DNA of 63,835 nucleotides, filler included. It is 6 parts of 6 records of this genome, joined end to end, with 100 filler letters (N's around TTAATTAATTAA, not from the genome) between each part and the next. Parts side by side here need not be neighbours in the genome. Positions count along the whole stretch, not along the records: positions 27,008 to 33,452 come from DRR723986_5137; positions 33,553 to 39,332 come from DRR723986_5139; positions 39,433 to 52,452 come from DRR723986_5141; 3 more parts are not named here. The stretch is one strand, 5' to 3'. The notes beneath the pieces are model-generated. The model had not been told where the DNA came from. It did not search any database and saw nothing but the letters and a program-made list of their open reading frames with translations. Made by a program: the position numbers and the translations under genes. Positions 31,532 through 41,699 of this stretch are shown here, one piece after another. Numbering within the stretch: the first letter of the stretch is position 1; each line of letters starts with the position of its first letter.

Positions 31532-32626
31532 TTATGTTTCTGCAAGCTCGCCCGTGTCGATCTGCTCTTGTTCGATGCTTTCGAACAGGGCTTTGAAATT
31601 GCCCTCGCCAAAGCCGTCATCACCTTTACGTTCGATGAACTCAAAGAAGATCGGGCCAACCATGGTTTTTGAGAAGATCTGCAACAGGATGCGGGTCTCG
31701 CCGCCATCCACCACACCTTCGCCGTCGATCAGGATCCCGTGTTTCTTCATCCGGTCCAGCGGTTCTTCATGGCCAACAACGCGCTCCTTGCTCATCGCGT
31801 AATAGGCATCCGGCGGGCCGGGCATGAACTTGAGGCCGTTGTCCGCAATCGCATCGGTCGAATCGTAGATGTTGTTTGATCCCACCGCGATATGCTGAAT
31901 GCCTTCGCCGTTGTACTTTTTCAGATAGGCCACGATCTGGCCTTTTTCGTCGCGGTCCTCGTTGATCGGGATACGGATGCGCCCGCAAGGCGAGGTCAAG
32001 GCGCGGCTGGTCAGACCTGTGTATTTGCCCTGAATGTCGAAAAACCGGATTTCCTTGAAGTTGAACAGATCGCCGTAGAACTTGAACCAGACATCCATAT
32101 TGCCCTTGAACACATTGTGCGTCAGGTGATCGAGGTAATAGAACCCAACCCCCTCGGGCTTGGATTGCGCGATCCAGTCGTATTCCCAGTTGTAGGGTGA
32201 AGTGTCGTAATACTGATCTACAAAATACAGCAGCGAGCCACCGATGCCCATGATCGCAGGCACATCCAGCGCCTTGCCCGGCCCGGTGTATTCTTCGGCG
32301 CCATTGGCAACCGCATGGGCCAGCGCTTTCTTCGCATCGACAACCCGCCAGCCCATTGAGGGTGCACATGGACCGTGCTTTTCCACAAATTTGGCGGCAA
32401 AGCTGTCTGGGTCCGCGTTCAGGATGTAGGTCACATCACCCTGCTGCCACAGTTCGATCTTTTGGGTCTTGTGGTTGGCAACATGGGTATAGCCCATGCG
32501 GACAAACGAATCGCGCAGCTCTTGCGGGTCGGGGCTGGCGAATTCAACAAATTCGAAGCCATCGGTTCCGGCAGGGTTTTCGTCAGAAATCACGGATTTC
32601 GGGGCGTCGTGAGGGAAAGGGCCCAT
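31532..32626 (-). CDS. hppD: 4-hydroxyphenylpyruvate dioxygenase
   Basis: GFEFVEF, DHLTHNV, GEGIQHIA, LLQIFS, FFEFIERKG, GFGEGNFKALFESIE. Confidence 0.97.
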   Translation of the reverse strand: MGPFPHDAPKSVISDENPAGTDGFEFVEFASPDPQELRDSFVRMGYTHVANHKTQKIELWQQGDVTYILNADPDSFAAKFVEKHGPCAPSMGWRVVDAKKALAHAVANGAEEYTGPGKALDVPAIMGIGGSLLYFVDQYYDTSPYNWEYDWIAQSKPEGVGFYYLDHLTHNVFKGNMDVWFKFYGDLFNFKEIRFFDIQGKYTGLTSRALTSPCGRIRIPINEDRDEKGQIVAYLKKYNGEGIQHIAVGSNNIYDSTDAIADNGLKFMPGPPDAYYAMSKERVVGHEEPLDRMKKHGILIDGEGVVDGGETRILLQIFSKTMVGPIFFEFIERKGDDGFGEGNFKALFESIEQEQIDTGELAET

Positions 32627-32767
32627 TGTGTCACCTTTTCTTAACATGAGGGGTATTAAAGCAAAGATATGCGCGAAAGCTTGCCAATTCTGCGCATTGA
32701 TGCGCTTCTTTCTGGCAATTTTTACGTATTCACCGCATCATAACGGCAAACAGCGCGGAAAATCTGC

Positions 32768-33226
32768 ATGAATTTGGACGAAACCGACACAAGGCTGCTG
32801 GCCGCCCTGCAAAAGAACGCGCATCTGACCGCGCAGGAACTGGGCGAACAATTACACTTGTCCGCATCACAGGCCGGCAGGCGGCGGCAGCGGCTTGAGG
32901 CGGACGGATATATCCAAGGCTACACCGCGCGGCTTGATCCGGTGAAACTGGGCCTGAATGTGCAGGGGTTTGTGCAGGTGCATCTGGACACCCATGGCCC
33001 GCAAAATTCGGCGACATTTGGCCGATTGCTGGCCACCCGCCCCGAGATAGTGAGCGCCTGGACGATGACAGGGGATGCGGACTATCTCTTGCGGGTCTAT
33101 TGTGAAGATCTGCCCAGCCTGAACCGGCTGATCCATGAGGTGCTGTTGCCCCATCCGGCGGTCTCACGGGTGCACAGCCAGATCGTGATGGACCAACTTA
33201 AACGTGACGGGCCTTTGCCCACCTGA
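32768..33226 (+). CDS. Lrp/AsnC transcriptional regulator
   Basis: [38 protein letters not shown]. Divergent from hppD. Confidence 0.92.
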   Translation: MNLDETDTRLLAALQKNAHLTAQELGEQLHLSASQAGRRRQRLEADGYIQGYTARLDPVKLGLNVQGFVQVHLDTHGPQNSATFGRLLATRPEIVSAWTMTGDADYLLRVYCEDLPSLNRLIHEVLLPHPAVSRVHSQIVMDQLKRDGPLPT

Positions 33227-33245
33227 ACCTCCTGAAAGGATCACA

Positions 33246-33452
33246 ATGGAAGGTTTCCTGTTTCAAGCAAGCATCTATCTGGCGGCGGCGGTCATTGCGG
33301 TGCCCATCGCCTCGCGCTTGGGGCTTGGGTCTGTGCTTGGTTATCTGGCGGCGGGCATTCTGATTGGTCCGGTGCTGGGACTGGTGGGCGCAGAGACCAA
33401 GGATCTGCAACACTTCGCCGAGTTTGGCGTGGTGATGATGCTGTTTCTGATC
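33246..33452 (+). CDS. Monovalent cation:proton antiporter-2 (KefC-like), truncated
   Basis: [24 protein letters not shown]...[12 protein letters not shown]. Confidence 0.9.
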
Positions 33453-33552
33453 NNNNNNNNNNNNNNNNNNNNNNNNNNNNNNNNNNNNNNNNNNNNTTAA
33501 TTAATTAANNNNNNNNNNNNNNNNNNNNNNNNNNNNNNNNNNNNNNNNNNNN
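33453..33552. other. Artificial contig linker
   Basis: 44 N + TTAATTAATTAA + 44 N. Confidence 0.99.
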
Positions 33553-33553
33553 C

Positions 33554-33604
33554 ATGTGTATCGGTGGCGGCATGGGCGCTGCAGCGCTGTTTGAAGTGTT
33601 CTAA
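33554..33604 (+). CDS. Thiolase C-terminus (partial)
   Basis: MCIGGGMGAAALFEVF* is the thiolase active-site C-terminal motif. Confidence 0.85.
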   Translation: MCIGGGMGAAALFEVF

Positions 33605-33637
33605 GAAATTATAAAAAAGCCAAAACTGGCAGGAAGT

Positions 33638-33673
33638 AAAAACCGCTATGGTGAGAGCCATAGCGGTTTTTTT
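33638..33673. terminator. Bidirectional intrinsic terminator
   Basis: AAAAACCGCTATGG-TGAGAG-CCATAGCGGTTTTTTT between convergent genes. Confidence 0.9.
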
Positions 33674-33684
33674 ATACCGGCGAC

Positions 33685-34065
33685 TTATTCAAAATCCGGC
33701 AGGCTTGGCGTGACCACCGCTTGGTCAGCCGCTTGCCAGGCTTCGATACCGCCAGCAAGCGAGACCACCTGCTGATAGCCCATTTCCTTCATTGCTGCGG
33801 CTGCCAGCGCTGAGCGGCCACTACTTTTACAATAGAGCACCACTTTCTGCATGCGGTCAGCCAGGGCCTCCTCGCTGCTGAGTTTAAACTCCAGCACACC
33901 GCGTGGAATATTGATTGCGCCCTCAATATGCCCGGCGTGAAATTCATCTTCCTCACGCACGTCTATAAGGTAGTCAGCATCGGCTATCGCCTGCTTGGCC
34001 TCGTCGACATTAACTTCCTGAATGTGGCCTTTTGCCTCTTCAACCATATCGTGAACGGTTTTCAT
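33685..34065 (-). CDS. Rhodanese-like sulfurtransferase
   Basis: IDVRE..EF..GHI.GA, YCKSSGRS, LAGGIEAW. Confidence 0.92.
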   Translation of the reverse strand: MKTVHDMVEEAKGHIQEVNVDEAKQAIADADYLIDVREEDEFHAGHIEGAINIPRGVLEFKLSSEEALADRMQKVVLYCKSSGRSALAAAAMKEMGYQQVVSLAGGIEAWQAADQAVVTPSLPDFE

Positions 34066-34092
34066 GGTTTCTCCCTTACACGTGGCTGCGTT

Positions 34093-34746
34093 TTACAAAG
34101 ACTTGGTACAGAAGTAGAAGTCGGTGCAGTCATAGTCGTTGGACGCCATGCGGGCATTTACATCAGCGGCGGTTTTGGCGGGTGGAACAATCACCTTGTC
34201 GCCTTTTTTCCAGCCTTCGGGGGTGGCTACGCCGTGTTCTTCACTGGTTTGCAGTGCTTCCAATAGGCGCAAAAACTCGGGAATTGAGCGGCCGTTACTC
34301 ATTGGGTAGTACACCATTGCACGCAGCACGCCGTTGGGGTCGATGATAAAGGTCGCGCGTACCGCCGAGGTATCGCCCGCACCCGGGTGGATCATGCCGT
34401 AGGCTTTGGCAACGTCCATCTTCAGGTCTTCGATAATCGGGAAGGGAATTTCCACACCGAAGTTCTGCTGAATATTACGCATCCAGGCGATGTGGGAATG
34501 AATGCTGTCGATCGATAGACCGAGTAATTCACAGTTGAGAGCGGCAAAGTCGGGGGCCGCTTTGGCAAAGGCGATAAATTCCGTTGTGCATACCGGGGTA
34601 AAGTCGGCGGGGTGGGAAAACAGCACCAGCCATTTACCACGGTAATCGCTCAACTGCTTTTGGCCGTCGGTCGTCAGGGCATTAAAGTCGGGAGCAGGTT
34701 CGTTGATCCGTGGTAGTCCGGCCACGGGCTGTTGGGTGTCTTCCAT
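34093..34746 (-). CDS. Peroxiredoxin (Prx6 type)
   Basis: FSHPADFTPVCTTEF, VRATFIIDP, GRSIPE, ATPEGW. Confidence 0.93.
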   Translation of the reverse strand: MEDTQQPVAGLPRINEPAPDFNALTTDGQKQLSDYRGKWLVLFSHPADFTPVCTTEFIAFAKAAPDFAALNCELLGLSIDSIHSHIAWMRNIQQNFGVEIPFPIIEDLKMDVAKAYGMIHPGAGDTSAVRATFIIDPNGVLRAMVYYPMSNGRSIPEFLRLLEALQTSEEHGVATPEGWKKGDKVIVPPAKTAADVNARMASNDYDCTDFYFCTKSL

Positions 34747-34810
34747 CGCAATAGGCTCCGGTAGTGAAAAGTGAGTCTCTAACGTAGCGCCTTAGCGTAA
34801 TAACTTCAAG

Positions 34811-34836
34811 GAATATGGTTATTCTAATTTGGAATA
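34811..34836. promoter_or_regulatory. Palindromic operator candidate upstream of prx-rhodanese
   Basis: TATTC-N7-GAATA (34820-34836) overlapping GAAT-N6-ATTC. Confidence 0.4.
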
Positions 34837-34933
34837 TATGATTTTACATTTGCTGAGGTCGTGCCGGTGGGGGCGGCTAAATCAACGCTAAGGACAGTAT
34901 TTATGCAGGGGGAATACCAGCGAGCTGGCAGAG

Positions 34934-35710
34934 TCAGCGCTTGCTGAGCTGGGAGTCCAGGAGTTGTCGCGCGGTCTCGAGGGTCAGGCCTTCGCCAAAG
35001 TAGCGGCCTTGTACAACACGGGCACCCTGCGCGGCGGCGGCGTCCAGGCAGTGTCGGTTGCCAATACCGTCCACCACGCAACGCCATTGCTGGCTTGTGG
35101 CCGCGTCAACGAGTTTGCGTAAGTTGTCGGAGGCTTTGGTGCTGGTGGTCAGCCGTTGGCCGAGGCCCGGAGGTGTCACCACTTCGTGAATAACATCCCT
35201 GCTTACTTTGCTCAGGGTGTTTGGGTCTTGATAGAAATCCCGAATCGATATTTTAAAACCAAAGTCGATGAGTCGGCCAAGTGTTGGCAAGTGGTTGTAG
35301 AAGTCGTCGAACAAGGTGGGGGGCAATTGCAGAGTGATGTCCTGCGCTGAGGCGCCGCTGTCGTGAAATATCTGTGTCACAGCATTAAAAAAGCCCTCGC
35401 TGGCCAGCTCGCTGGGCCGCAGGGTGATGCTCAAGGGAAAGTGATGGCCCATACGCTGCAGCTCGGCATGGGCTTTGAGCGCGCGCAGCAAATAGTAGAG
35501 GAAAAAGCCAATACGCTTATTGTGGCGATCAAGAATGCCCAATATGGCTGACTTGGTTAAGGTTTCGTAGCCATCTTTTGCCCAAACCAGATTGGTGTCC
35601 ATGCCGGTGACCACGCCCTTACTGAGGTCAACCTGGGGAGAGAAGCGCAATTCGAACTCGTGCTTGTCTACCCCGTTAATAATGTCATCAATGCTGATGT
35701 CGGTGTTCAT
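34934..35710 (-). CDS. Stand-alone degenerate EAL-domain protein
   Basis: FELRFSPQVDL..G.VTGMDTNLVW and VQGRYFG framework; catalytic motifs substituted. Confidence 0.8.
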   Translation of the reverse strand: MNTDISIDDIINGVDKHEFELRFSPQVDLSKGVVTGMDTNLVWAKDGYETLTKSAILGILDRHNKRIGFFLYYLLRALKAHAELQRMGHHFPLSITLRPSELASEGFFNAVTQIFHDSGASAQDITLQLPPTLFDDFYNHLPTLGRLIDFGFKISIRDFYQDPNTLSKVSRDVIHEVVTPPGLGQRLTTSTKASDNLRKLVDAATSQQWRCVVDGIGNRHCLDAAAAQGARVVQGRYFGEGLTLETARQLLDSQLSKR

Positions 35711-36007
35711 CGGTGGCCGGGCTCTCCGTTTGCCAATGGAGCAAAACCGAGGCTGAACAGGCGCCACTACTGCTATGCCAATGCTAAGCCGAACGGGTTA
35801 ATACACATAAAGTATATATGGGTATTAGTATATTGCCTAACGCTTCCCGTTTGTTGAAAGGCCTAAGCTGCATTTTTTAACAAATTTCCTGCCGCAATAT
35901 GTCATGGCTTGCCGCTGGGGGCTGGGCGACACTGCTGTCACTGAAAATTGGCCGTCAGCGGTGGTGCTGTATGCGGCCAGCATAACGAGAGAGCAAAGAG
36001 GAAAATC

Positions 36008-36769
36008 ATGGAGTTTAACGGCGTTGCAGCAGTAGTGACCGGCGGGGCATCGGGTTTGGGCGAGGGGGCCGCACGTGCCCTGGCAGCAGAGGGATGTAAG
36101 GTCGCCATTTTTGACCTGCAGGAAGAGCGCGGTCGCCAGGTTGCCGATGAGCTTGGCGGTATTTTCGTGCGCTGCGATGTGTCGTCTTCAGAAAGTGCTG
36201 AGGCCGCTTTTGCCGCCGCGCGCGAGGCCCACGGCCCCTGCGGTATTGCCGTGAACTGTGCAGGCATTGCGCCGGGTTCACGCATTCTGGGTAAGAGCGG
36301 CCCCATGCCGCTGGAAAATTTCGACAAGGTGATTCAAGTAAATTTGGTCGGCAGCTTTAATGTTATGCGCTTGGCGGCGGCAGATATGGCCAGTCGCGAG
36401 CCCAATGCCGACGGTGAGCGCGGTGCAATCGTCAATACCGCCTCAGTGGCGGCGTTTGAAGGTCAGATCGGTCAGGTCGCCTATAGCGCCTCCAAAGGCG
36501 GAGTCGTGGCAATGACTCTGCAAGCCGCCCGTGAATTGGCACGCGAGGGCATTCGTGTAAACACCATCGCACCGGGCTTGTTTATGACGCCGATGATGGC
36601 GGGCTTCACCCAAGAGGTGCAAGACAGCCTCGCCGCCACACTGCCATTCCCCCAGCGCCTTGGGCAGCCAAAGGAATACGGCATGTTGGTTGAGCAGATC
36701 GTTAAAAACCCCATTCTCAACGGTGAAACCATTCGCCTGGACTGCGCGCTGCGCATGGCCCCGCGTTAA
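36008..36769 (+). CDS. SDR, 3-hydroxyacyl-CoA dehydrogenase type 2-like
   Basis: TGGASGLG, NCAGIA, NTASVAAFEGQIGQVAYSASKGG. Confidence 0.92.
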   Translation: MEFNGVAAVVTGGASGLGEGAARALAAEGCKVAIFDLQEERGRQVADELGGIFVRCDVSSSESAEAAFAAAREAHGPCGIAVNCAGIAPGSRILGKSGPMPLENFDKVIQVNLVGSFNVMRLAAADMASREPNADGERGAIVNTASVAAFEGQIGQVAYSASKGGVVAMTLQAARELAREGIRVNTIAPGLFMTPMMAGFTQEVQDSLAATLPFPQRLGQPKEYGMLVEQIVKNPILNGETIRLDCALRMAPR

Positions 36770-36783
36770 TTCGGAGAAGCGCA

Positions 36784-37935
36784 ATGACAAACGAGGTAAA
36801 TCGAGAAGAACTGGCGATGTTTGCCGACATGCTCGGCAAAGTACTGGAAGCCGAAGTGGCGCCCCATTACGAGCGCTGGGACGAAGCGGGCATTGTACCC
36901 CGCGAGCTCTGGAACACCCTGGGTGAAGCTGGCCTGCTATGCGTCGATGTAGAGGAAGGCTGCGGCGGTTGCGGCGTTCCCTTTGAATACTCAACACTGG
37001 TTGCCAGCGAAATTGCGCGCATGGGCTACGGTGCCCTGGCCACCAACGTAATGGTGCACTCAGATATTGTTGCACCGTATATCAGCCACCTTGCCAACGA
37101 GGAGCAGAAGCAATACTGGCTGCCGAAAATGGTCAGCGGAGAGGTGGTAGGCGCCATCGCCATGACGGAACCCGGGGCGGGTAGTGACCTGCAAGCCATG
37201 CGCACCACCGCCAAAAAAGACGGTGACGACTATATTCTCAATGGCTCCAAAACCTTTATCACCAACGGCCAGCACGCCGGCATGGTCATTGTGGCCGCGA
37301 AAACCGACCCCACGGCCGGTGCCCGAGGCATTAGCCTGTTCTTGGTTGATACCTCCTTGCCGGGCTTTGAACGCGGCCGAAACCTAAGCAAGATCGGCCA
37401 GCACTGTGGCGATACCTCAGAGCTGTTCTTTGAAGACTGCCGCGTACCCGCCTCGGCGCTGCTGGGGGAAGAGGGCAAGGGCTTTGCCTACCTGATGCAA
37501 GAGCTGCCGCGCGAGCGCCTGGTGATTGGCGTGATCGCCTGCGGGGCGGCGCGCGGTGTGCTGGATCTGACCATCGACTACGCCAAAGAGCGCGAGCTGT
37601 TTGGACAAACGCTCAGCCAACTGCAAAACACCCGTTTTCGCATTGCCGAAATGGAAAGTGATGCCCAGGTGAACGCGGCGTTTGTCGAGCAGTGCATACA
37701 GCGATACAAGCGTGGTGAACTGGATGCCGCCACCGCCTCTATGGCCAAATACAGCGCAACGGAAATGCAGTGCCGGGTTGCCGATGGTTGCTTGCAGTTG
37801 TTTGGTGGCTACGGTTACACAACGGAATACCCGGTATCCCGCGCCTTTACCGATGCCCGCGTACAGCGAATATACGGTGGTACGTCAGAGGTAATGAAAG
37901 AAGTGATCGCTCGCTCGCTGCTGGGTAGAGGCTAG
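36784..37935 (+). CDS. Acyl-CoA dehydrogenase
   Basis: AMTEPGAGSDL, NGSKTFITNG, QLFGGYGY, IYGGTSE. Confidence 0.95.
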   Translation: MTNEVNREELAMFADMLGKVLEAEVAPHYERWDEAGIVPRELWNTLGEAGLLCVDVEEGCGGCGVPFEYSTLVASEIARMGYGALATNVMVHSDIVAPYISHLANEEQKQYWLPKMVSGEVVGAIAMTEPGAGSDLQAMRTTAKKDGDDYILNGSKTFITNGQHAGMVIVAAKTDPTAGARGISLFLVDTSLPGFERGRNLSKIGQHCGDTSELFFEDCRVPASALLGEEGKGFAYLMQELPRERLVIGVIACGAARGVLDLTIDYAKERELFGQTLSQLQNTRFRIAEMESDAQVNAAFVEQCIQRYKRGELDAATASMAKYSATEMQCRVADGCLQLFGGYGYTTEYPVSRAFTDARVQRIYGGTSEVMKEVIARSLLGRG

Positions 37936-37976
37936 TGGCCCACCCACGCTAAACGCACACGAATAGGAAACCAATT

Positions 37977-39155
37977 ATGACAGATAACGTTGTTATTCTC
38001 GGTGCTGCGCGCACCGCTATGGGCGGCCTGATGGGAAGCTTGAGCAGTGTTGCCTCGCCGACGTTGGGCGCGGCGTGTATCGCCGAAGCCGTGTCGCGAG
38101 CAGGCCTGGACGCATCTGCTGTGGAAGAGGTGATTATGGGCTGCGTGTTGCCCGCTGGCCTGGGCCAGGCACCTGCCAGACAAGCCTCGCGGGCGGCCGG
38201 CCTGCCCGACGCCACGCCCTGTACCACTGTTAACAAAATGTGCGGCTCCGGCATGCAAGCCGTCATCGCCGCACACGACTCCATCAAAGCGGGCAGCAAC
38301 GGCATTATGGTTGCTGGCGGTATGGAAAACATGAGCCAGGCTCCCTACCTGTTACCCAAAGCGCGTGGCGGTATGCGTATGGGCCACGGCGAAGTGATCG
38401 ACTCCATGTTGTTCGACGGCCTGCAAGACGCCTACGAGGGCGGCTTAATGGGGGTGTTTGCTCAGCGTAGCGCTGACGACTACAACATCAGTCGCGAAAC
38501 CATGGACGACTTTGCCATCGCTTCGCTAAGCAAAGCCGTGGCGGCGATGGAAAGCGGCGCCTTCAACGATGAAATTGTGCCGGTCACCGTTTCCGGTCGC
38601 GGTGGCGACACGGTCGTCGATGCCGACGAACAACCGCCCAAAGCGAAGCCTGAAAAAATCCCCAGCCTGAAACCCGCCTTCGCGAAAGACGGCACCGTAA
38701 CGGCAGCAAATTCCAGCTCCATTAGCGATGGTGCCTCCGCCTTGGTGTTGGCATCGGAAAGCGCGGCGGCCCAAGCCGGTGCAACACCCATTGCGCGGAT
38801 CGTCGCCCACGCCAGTCATGCCCAATTCCCGGCAGAATTTACCCTGGCCCCCATCGGGGCGATCAATAAGGTGTTGGAAAAAGCCGGTTGGCGTCTCGAC
38901 GACGTTGACCTGTTTGAAATTAACGAAGCCTTTGCCGTGGTCACCCTGTTGGCTATTCAAGAGCTGGGTTTAGATGCCGACAAGGTCAACATACACGGCG
39001 GCGCCTGTGCACTGGGCCACCCCATCGGCTCCTCCGGCTCACGAATAATCGTTACCTTGATCAACGCGCTGAAACAGCGCGGCCTAAAGCGCGGCATCGC
39101 CTCATTGTGTATCGGTGGTGGCGAGGGCACGGCAGTCGCGATAGAACTGCTGTAA
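37977..39155 (+). CDS. Acetyl-CoA C-acyltransferase (thiolase)
   Basis: NKMCGSG, EINEAF, GHPIGSSG, LCIGGGEG. Confidence 0.96.
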   Translation: MTDNVVILGAARTAMGGLMGSLSSVASPTLGAACIAEAVSRAGLDASAVEEVIMGCVLPAGLGQAPARQASRAAGLPDATPCTTVNKMCGSGMQAVIAAHDSIKAGSNGIMVAGGMENMSQAPYLLPKARGGMRMGHGEVIDSMLFDGLQDAYEGGLMGVFAQRSADDYNISRETMDDFAIASLSKAVAAMESGAFNDEIVPVTVSGRGGDTVVDADEQPPKAKPEKIPSLKPAFAKDGTVTAANSSSISDGASALVLASESAAAQAGATPIARIVAHASHAQFPAEFTLAPIGAINKVLEKAGWRLDDVDLFEINEAFAVVTLLAIQELGLDADKVNIHGGACALGHPIGSSGSRIIVTLINALKQRGLKRGIASLCIGGGEGTAVAIELL

Positions 39156-39188
39156 CCGCAAATTCCTACAAGCGCAGTACACCTCCAC

Positions 39189-39214
39189 AAGGCCTCTTAT
39201 CATGAGGCCTTTTT
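39189..39214 (+). terminator. Intrinsic terminator
   Basis: AAGGCCTC-TTATCAT-GAGGCCTT-TTT. Confidence 0.8.
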
Positions 39215-39332
39215 ATTGCCTACAAAAAGCCGTGCGCTACGCCTTCCGCGCTGCGCCATAATCCCGTATATTTTACTCAGCGGGCAAGCTTGCTCGTTTT
39301 TCCAGCAAGGAATGCGCGTTAATCCTGAGCGA

Positions 39333-39432
39333 NNNNNNNNNNNNNNNNNNNNNNNNNNNNNNNNNNNNNNNNNNNNTTAATTAATTAANNNNNNNNNNNN
39401 NNNNNNNNNNNNNNNNNNNNNNNNNNNNNNNN
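39333..39432. other. Artificial contig linker
   Basis: 44 N + TTAATTAATTAA + 44 N. Confidence 0.99.
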
Positions 39433-39433
39433 C

Positions 39434-39604
39434 GAGACCTTCATCGACAATGTGTCCCGCCGCGTGTTCGACAATTACGCCGAGTTCGAGGCCCTCTATG
39501 GCGATGTGCCGGAGATGGAGGAGCTGACTTACCCGCGTGCGATGAGTGCGCGGCAGGTGCCGGAGCGGATCCGGGCGAAGCTGGCCGGGAAGGCGGTGGC
39601 CTGA
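39434..39604 (+). CDS. 3' end of an unidentified gene
   Basis: Open frame ETFIDNVSRRVFDNYAEFEALYGDVPEMEELTYPRAMSARQVPERIRAKLAGKAVA* with strong GC3 bias. Confidence 0.7.
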   Translation, partial: ETFIDNVSRRVFDNYAEFEALYGDVPEMEELTYPRAMSARQVPERIRAKLAGKAVA

Positions 39605-39953
39605 AAGGCGTGGTGGGATTGTAGGAAAGAACCCCAAGGACATTCCGCACCCCATCATGGAACGCCGCATGCTCAACGCCAAGGCCGCGCGCAGCCTTGC
39701 TCTGTCGGATGATGAATTCCCGTGGCTGGAACCCGCTGACCTAGAGGCACTGCCGATGCCGGTGATGTTGTTGTCAGGTGAGCAGACAGCGCCGGTGCAC
39801 GACGCGATCTTCAAGGCCGTTGCAGCCGTGATGCCACAGGTGCGGGCGCATAAGATTGTGGGTGCAGGCCATTCTGTCAGCCAGCAGCAGCCAGAGACCT
39901 TCAACCGATTGGTGCTGGATTTTCTGAAATCCTCGCTGGCCGAAGCAGCCTAG
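39605..39953 (+). pseudogene. Alpha/beta hydrolase C-terminal fragment
   Basis: LPMPVMLLSGE...GAGH....QPETFNRLVLDFL. The N-terminal nucleophile half is absent and there is no room for it after the upstream gene. Confidence 0.7.
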
Positions 39954-41233
39954 TCCTGAACTCTCGCCCCCGGCGCAATCGTCGGTGGAGCGGCGTTCAG
40001 GGTGTCGCGCGCAAATCCGGCGGCGGATTGGTATTTAGCCATGAAATCCCGACGCTCGGCCTCGGGGATTATATCATTGATGTCATCGAACGTTCCGCTA
40101 CAGCGGTCATTGACCATGTTGAGCAGACCAAACGGACCCGCGCCGCGATTGCGCAGGATCAGCGCCGAGACCGGCTCGCACAACGATTCATTATAAGCTG
40201 CTAGCGCCTTGGCCCCGACACCATGCGCCAAAAACTTTGCACCAAGGGTGCGTGCGTCAATTATCGCCTGGCTGGCCCCGTTCGATCCGGTGGGATACAT
40301 CGCATGTGCCGCGTCCCCCATCAAAGCCACGGGACCATCCGCCCATGTCGGGATCGGATCGCGGTCGATCATTGGATTTTCATAGACGACGTCCGCCCCC
40401 CGGATCAGGGCCGGCACATCCAGCCAGTCGTAGGTCCAGTCTTCGAAATGGTGGATGAAATCGTCGATTCCCACCTGTCGGAACCAGCCCATGGTCTCGT
40501 GTGCCGAGGGGTCGTCATAAGTTACCTCGGCGATCCAGTTGACCAGCGACAGCCCGGTCTTCGGATCGGGATGTGAGATGGGATAGATCACCATCCTGTG
40601 CGCATGGGTGCCCAGGCCGATGAAGGACGATCCGGTCCGAACCGGTTTGGCCCAGGAAGTGCCGCGCCACATCACCGCGCCACCCCAATGGATCGGCTTC
40701 TGATCGGGATGCATCTGAGCGCGAATGGCCGAGTGTATGCCATCGGCGCCAATGAGCAGCGCACCGGTCTCGCGCAGCTCTTGCCCGTCTTTTTCAAGGA
40801 CAAGTGTCACACTGCCATCATCGTTGATCTCGTAGGCTTTTGCCTTGTGGCCCAACCGAACCGCGTCCGATCCTGCCAGTTCCACAAACCGCCGATATAA
40901 GGCCATGTGAAATCCGCCGCGGTGCACGGCGTATTGCGGCCAGTTGTAGCCCGCCAGGGTGCCCCGGGTTTCGGAATAGATGTCCTGCCCCTTCAGACCG
41001 ACAAGGGCCCATTCCTTGGCAGGAAGGCCAAACTGGTCCATGTCCTCGGCGGTGAACCCCAGATCATAGAGTTCCCTGACCGCATTCGGTTGCAGGTTGA
41101 TTCCAACCCCCAGCGGTTTCAACTCGCGCACGCTTTCGAACACAAGGCAATCCACGCCGACTTGATACAGAGTCAAGGCCAGAGACAGACCGCCGATACC
41201 GCCACCCGCGATGAGAACTTTGGGATGGGTCAT
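39950..41233 (-). CDS. FAD-dependent monooxygenase
   Basis: IAGGGIGG, GADGIHS, LMGDAAHAMYPTGSNGASQAIID. Confidence 0.92.
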   Translation of the reverse strand: MTHPKVLIAGGGIGGLSLALTLYQVGVDCLVFESVRELKPLGVGINLQPNAVRELYDLGFTAEDMDQFGLPAKEWALVGLKGQDIYSETRGTLAGYNWPQYAVHRGGFHMALYRRFVELAGSDAVRLGHKAKAYEINDDGSVTLVLEKDGQELRETGALLIGADGIHSAIRAQMHPDQKPIHWGGAVMWRGTSWAKPVRTGSSFIGLGTHAHRMVIYPISHPDPKTGLSLVNWIAEVTYDDPSAHETMGWFRQVGIDDFIHHFEDWTYDWLDVPALIRGADVVYENPMIDRDPIPTWADGPVALMGDAAHAMYPTGSNGASQAIIDARTLGAKFLAHGVGAKALAAYNESLCEPVSALILRNRGAGPFGLLNMVNDRCSGTFDDINDIIPEAERRDFMAKYQSAAGFARDTLNAAPPTIAPGARVQD

Positions 41234-41254
41234 AGGGTTTCCTTGGGATAGAGA

Positions 41255-41692
41255 TCAGCCTCCCAATATCAGATTGGGCAGCCAGGTTGACAGGGCGGGC
41301 ACGAAAGTGACCAGCATCAACAGGCAAAGCATGATCAGGAAGAATGGCGCGGTGCCGCGCAGTGCTTCGCTCACCGGGCGCCCGGTGACGTTCGACATTA
41401 CGAAGAGGTTCAGCCCGCCCGGCAGCCAGCCGATCCAAGCGGTTGCGGCGTCGAACAGCACCTTGGCCAGCCCGCCACCGCGCATCAGTACAGCAGCAAG
41501 GATGAAGAACGGCACGGCGATCAGGATCGGTGAGTTCAAGTGATCCAGAACATGCTGCCCAAGCCCGGCGACCGAGCGCCCTTCGAGCAGAAGCAGGAAC
41601 GAGGCTACGCCCATTAGCACCAGATAGATTGGGACGCCAAGGGCGAGCAGGATGAGAACGGCAACGAGGCCGGGGATCAGAATTGCAGACAT
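41255..41692 (-). pseudogene. TRAP large permease (DctM) with large in-frame internal deletion
   Basis: N-terminal LIAVPFFILAA..GWLPGG joined directly to C-terminal LNLFV...VPALSTWLP; 145 aa versus the usual ~430. Confidence 0.85.
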
Positions 41693-41699
41693 GGTCAGT

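Noticed and set aside
39312-39332. Possible gene start MRVNPE at the end of contig 3
   Set aside because: Only seven codons before the linker; cannot be identified.
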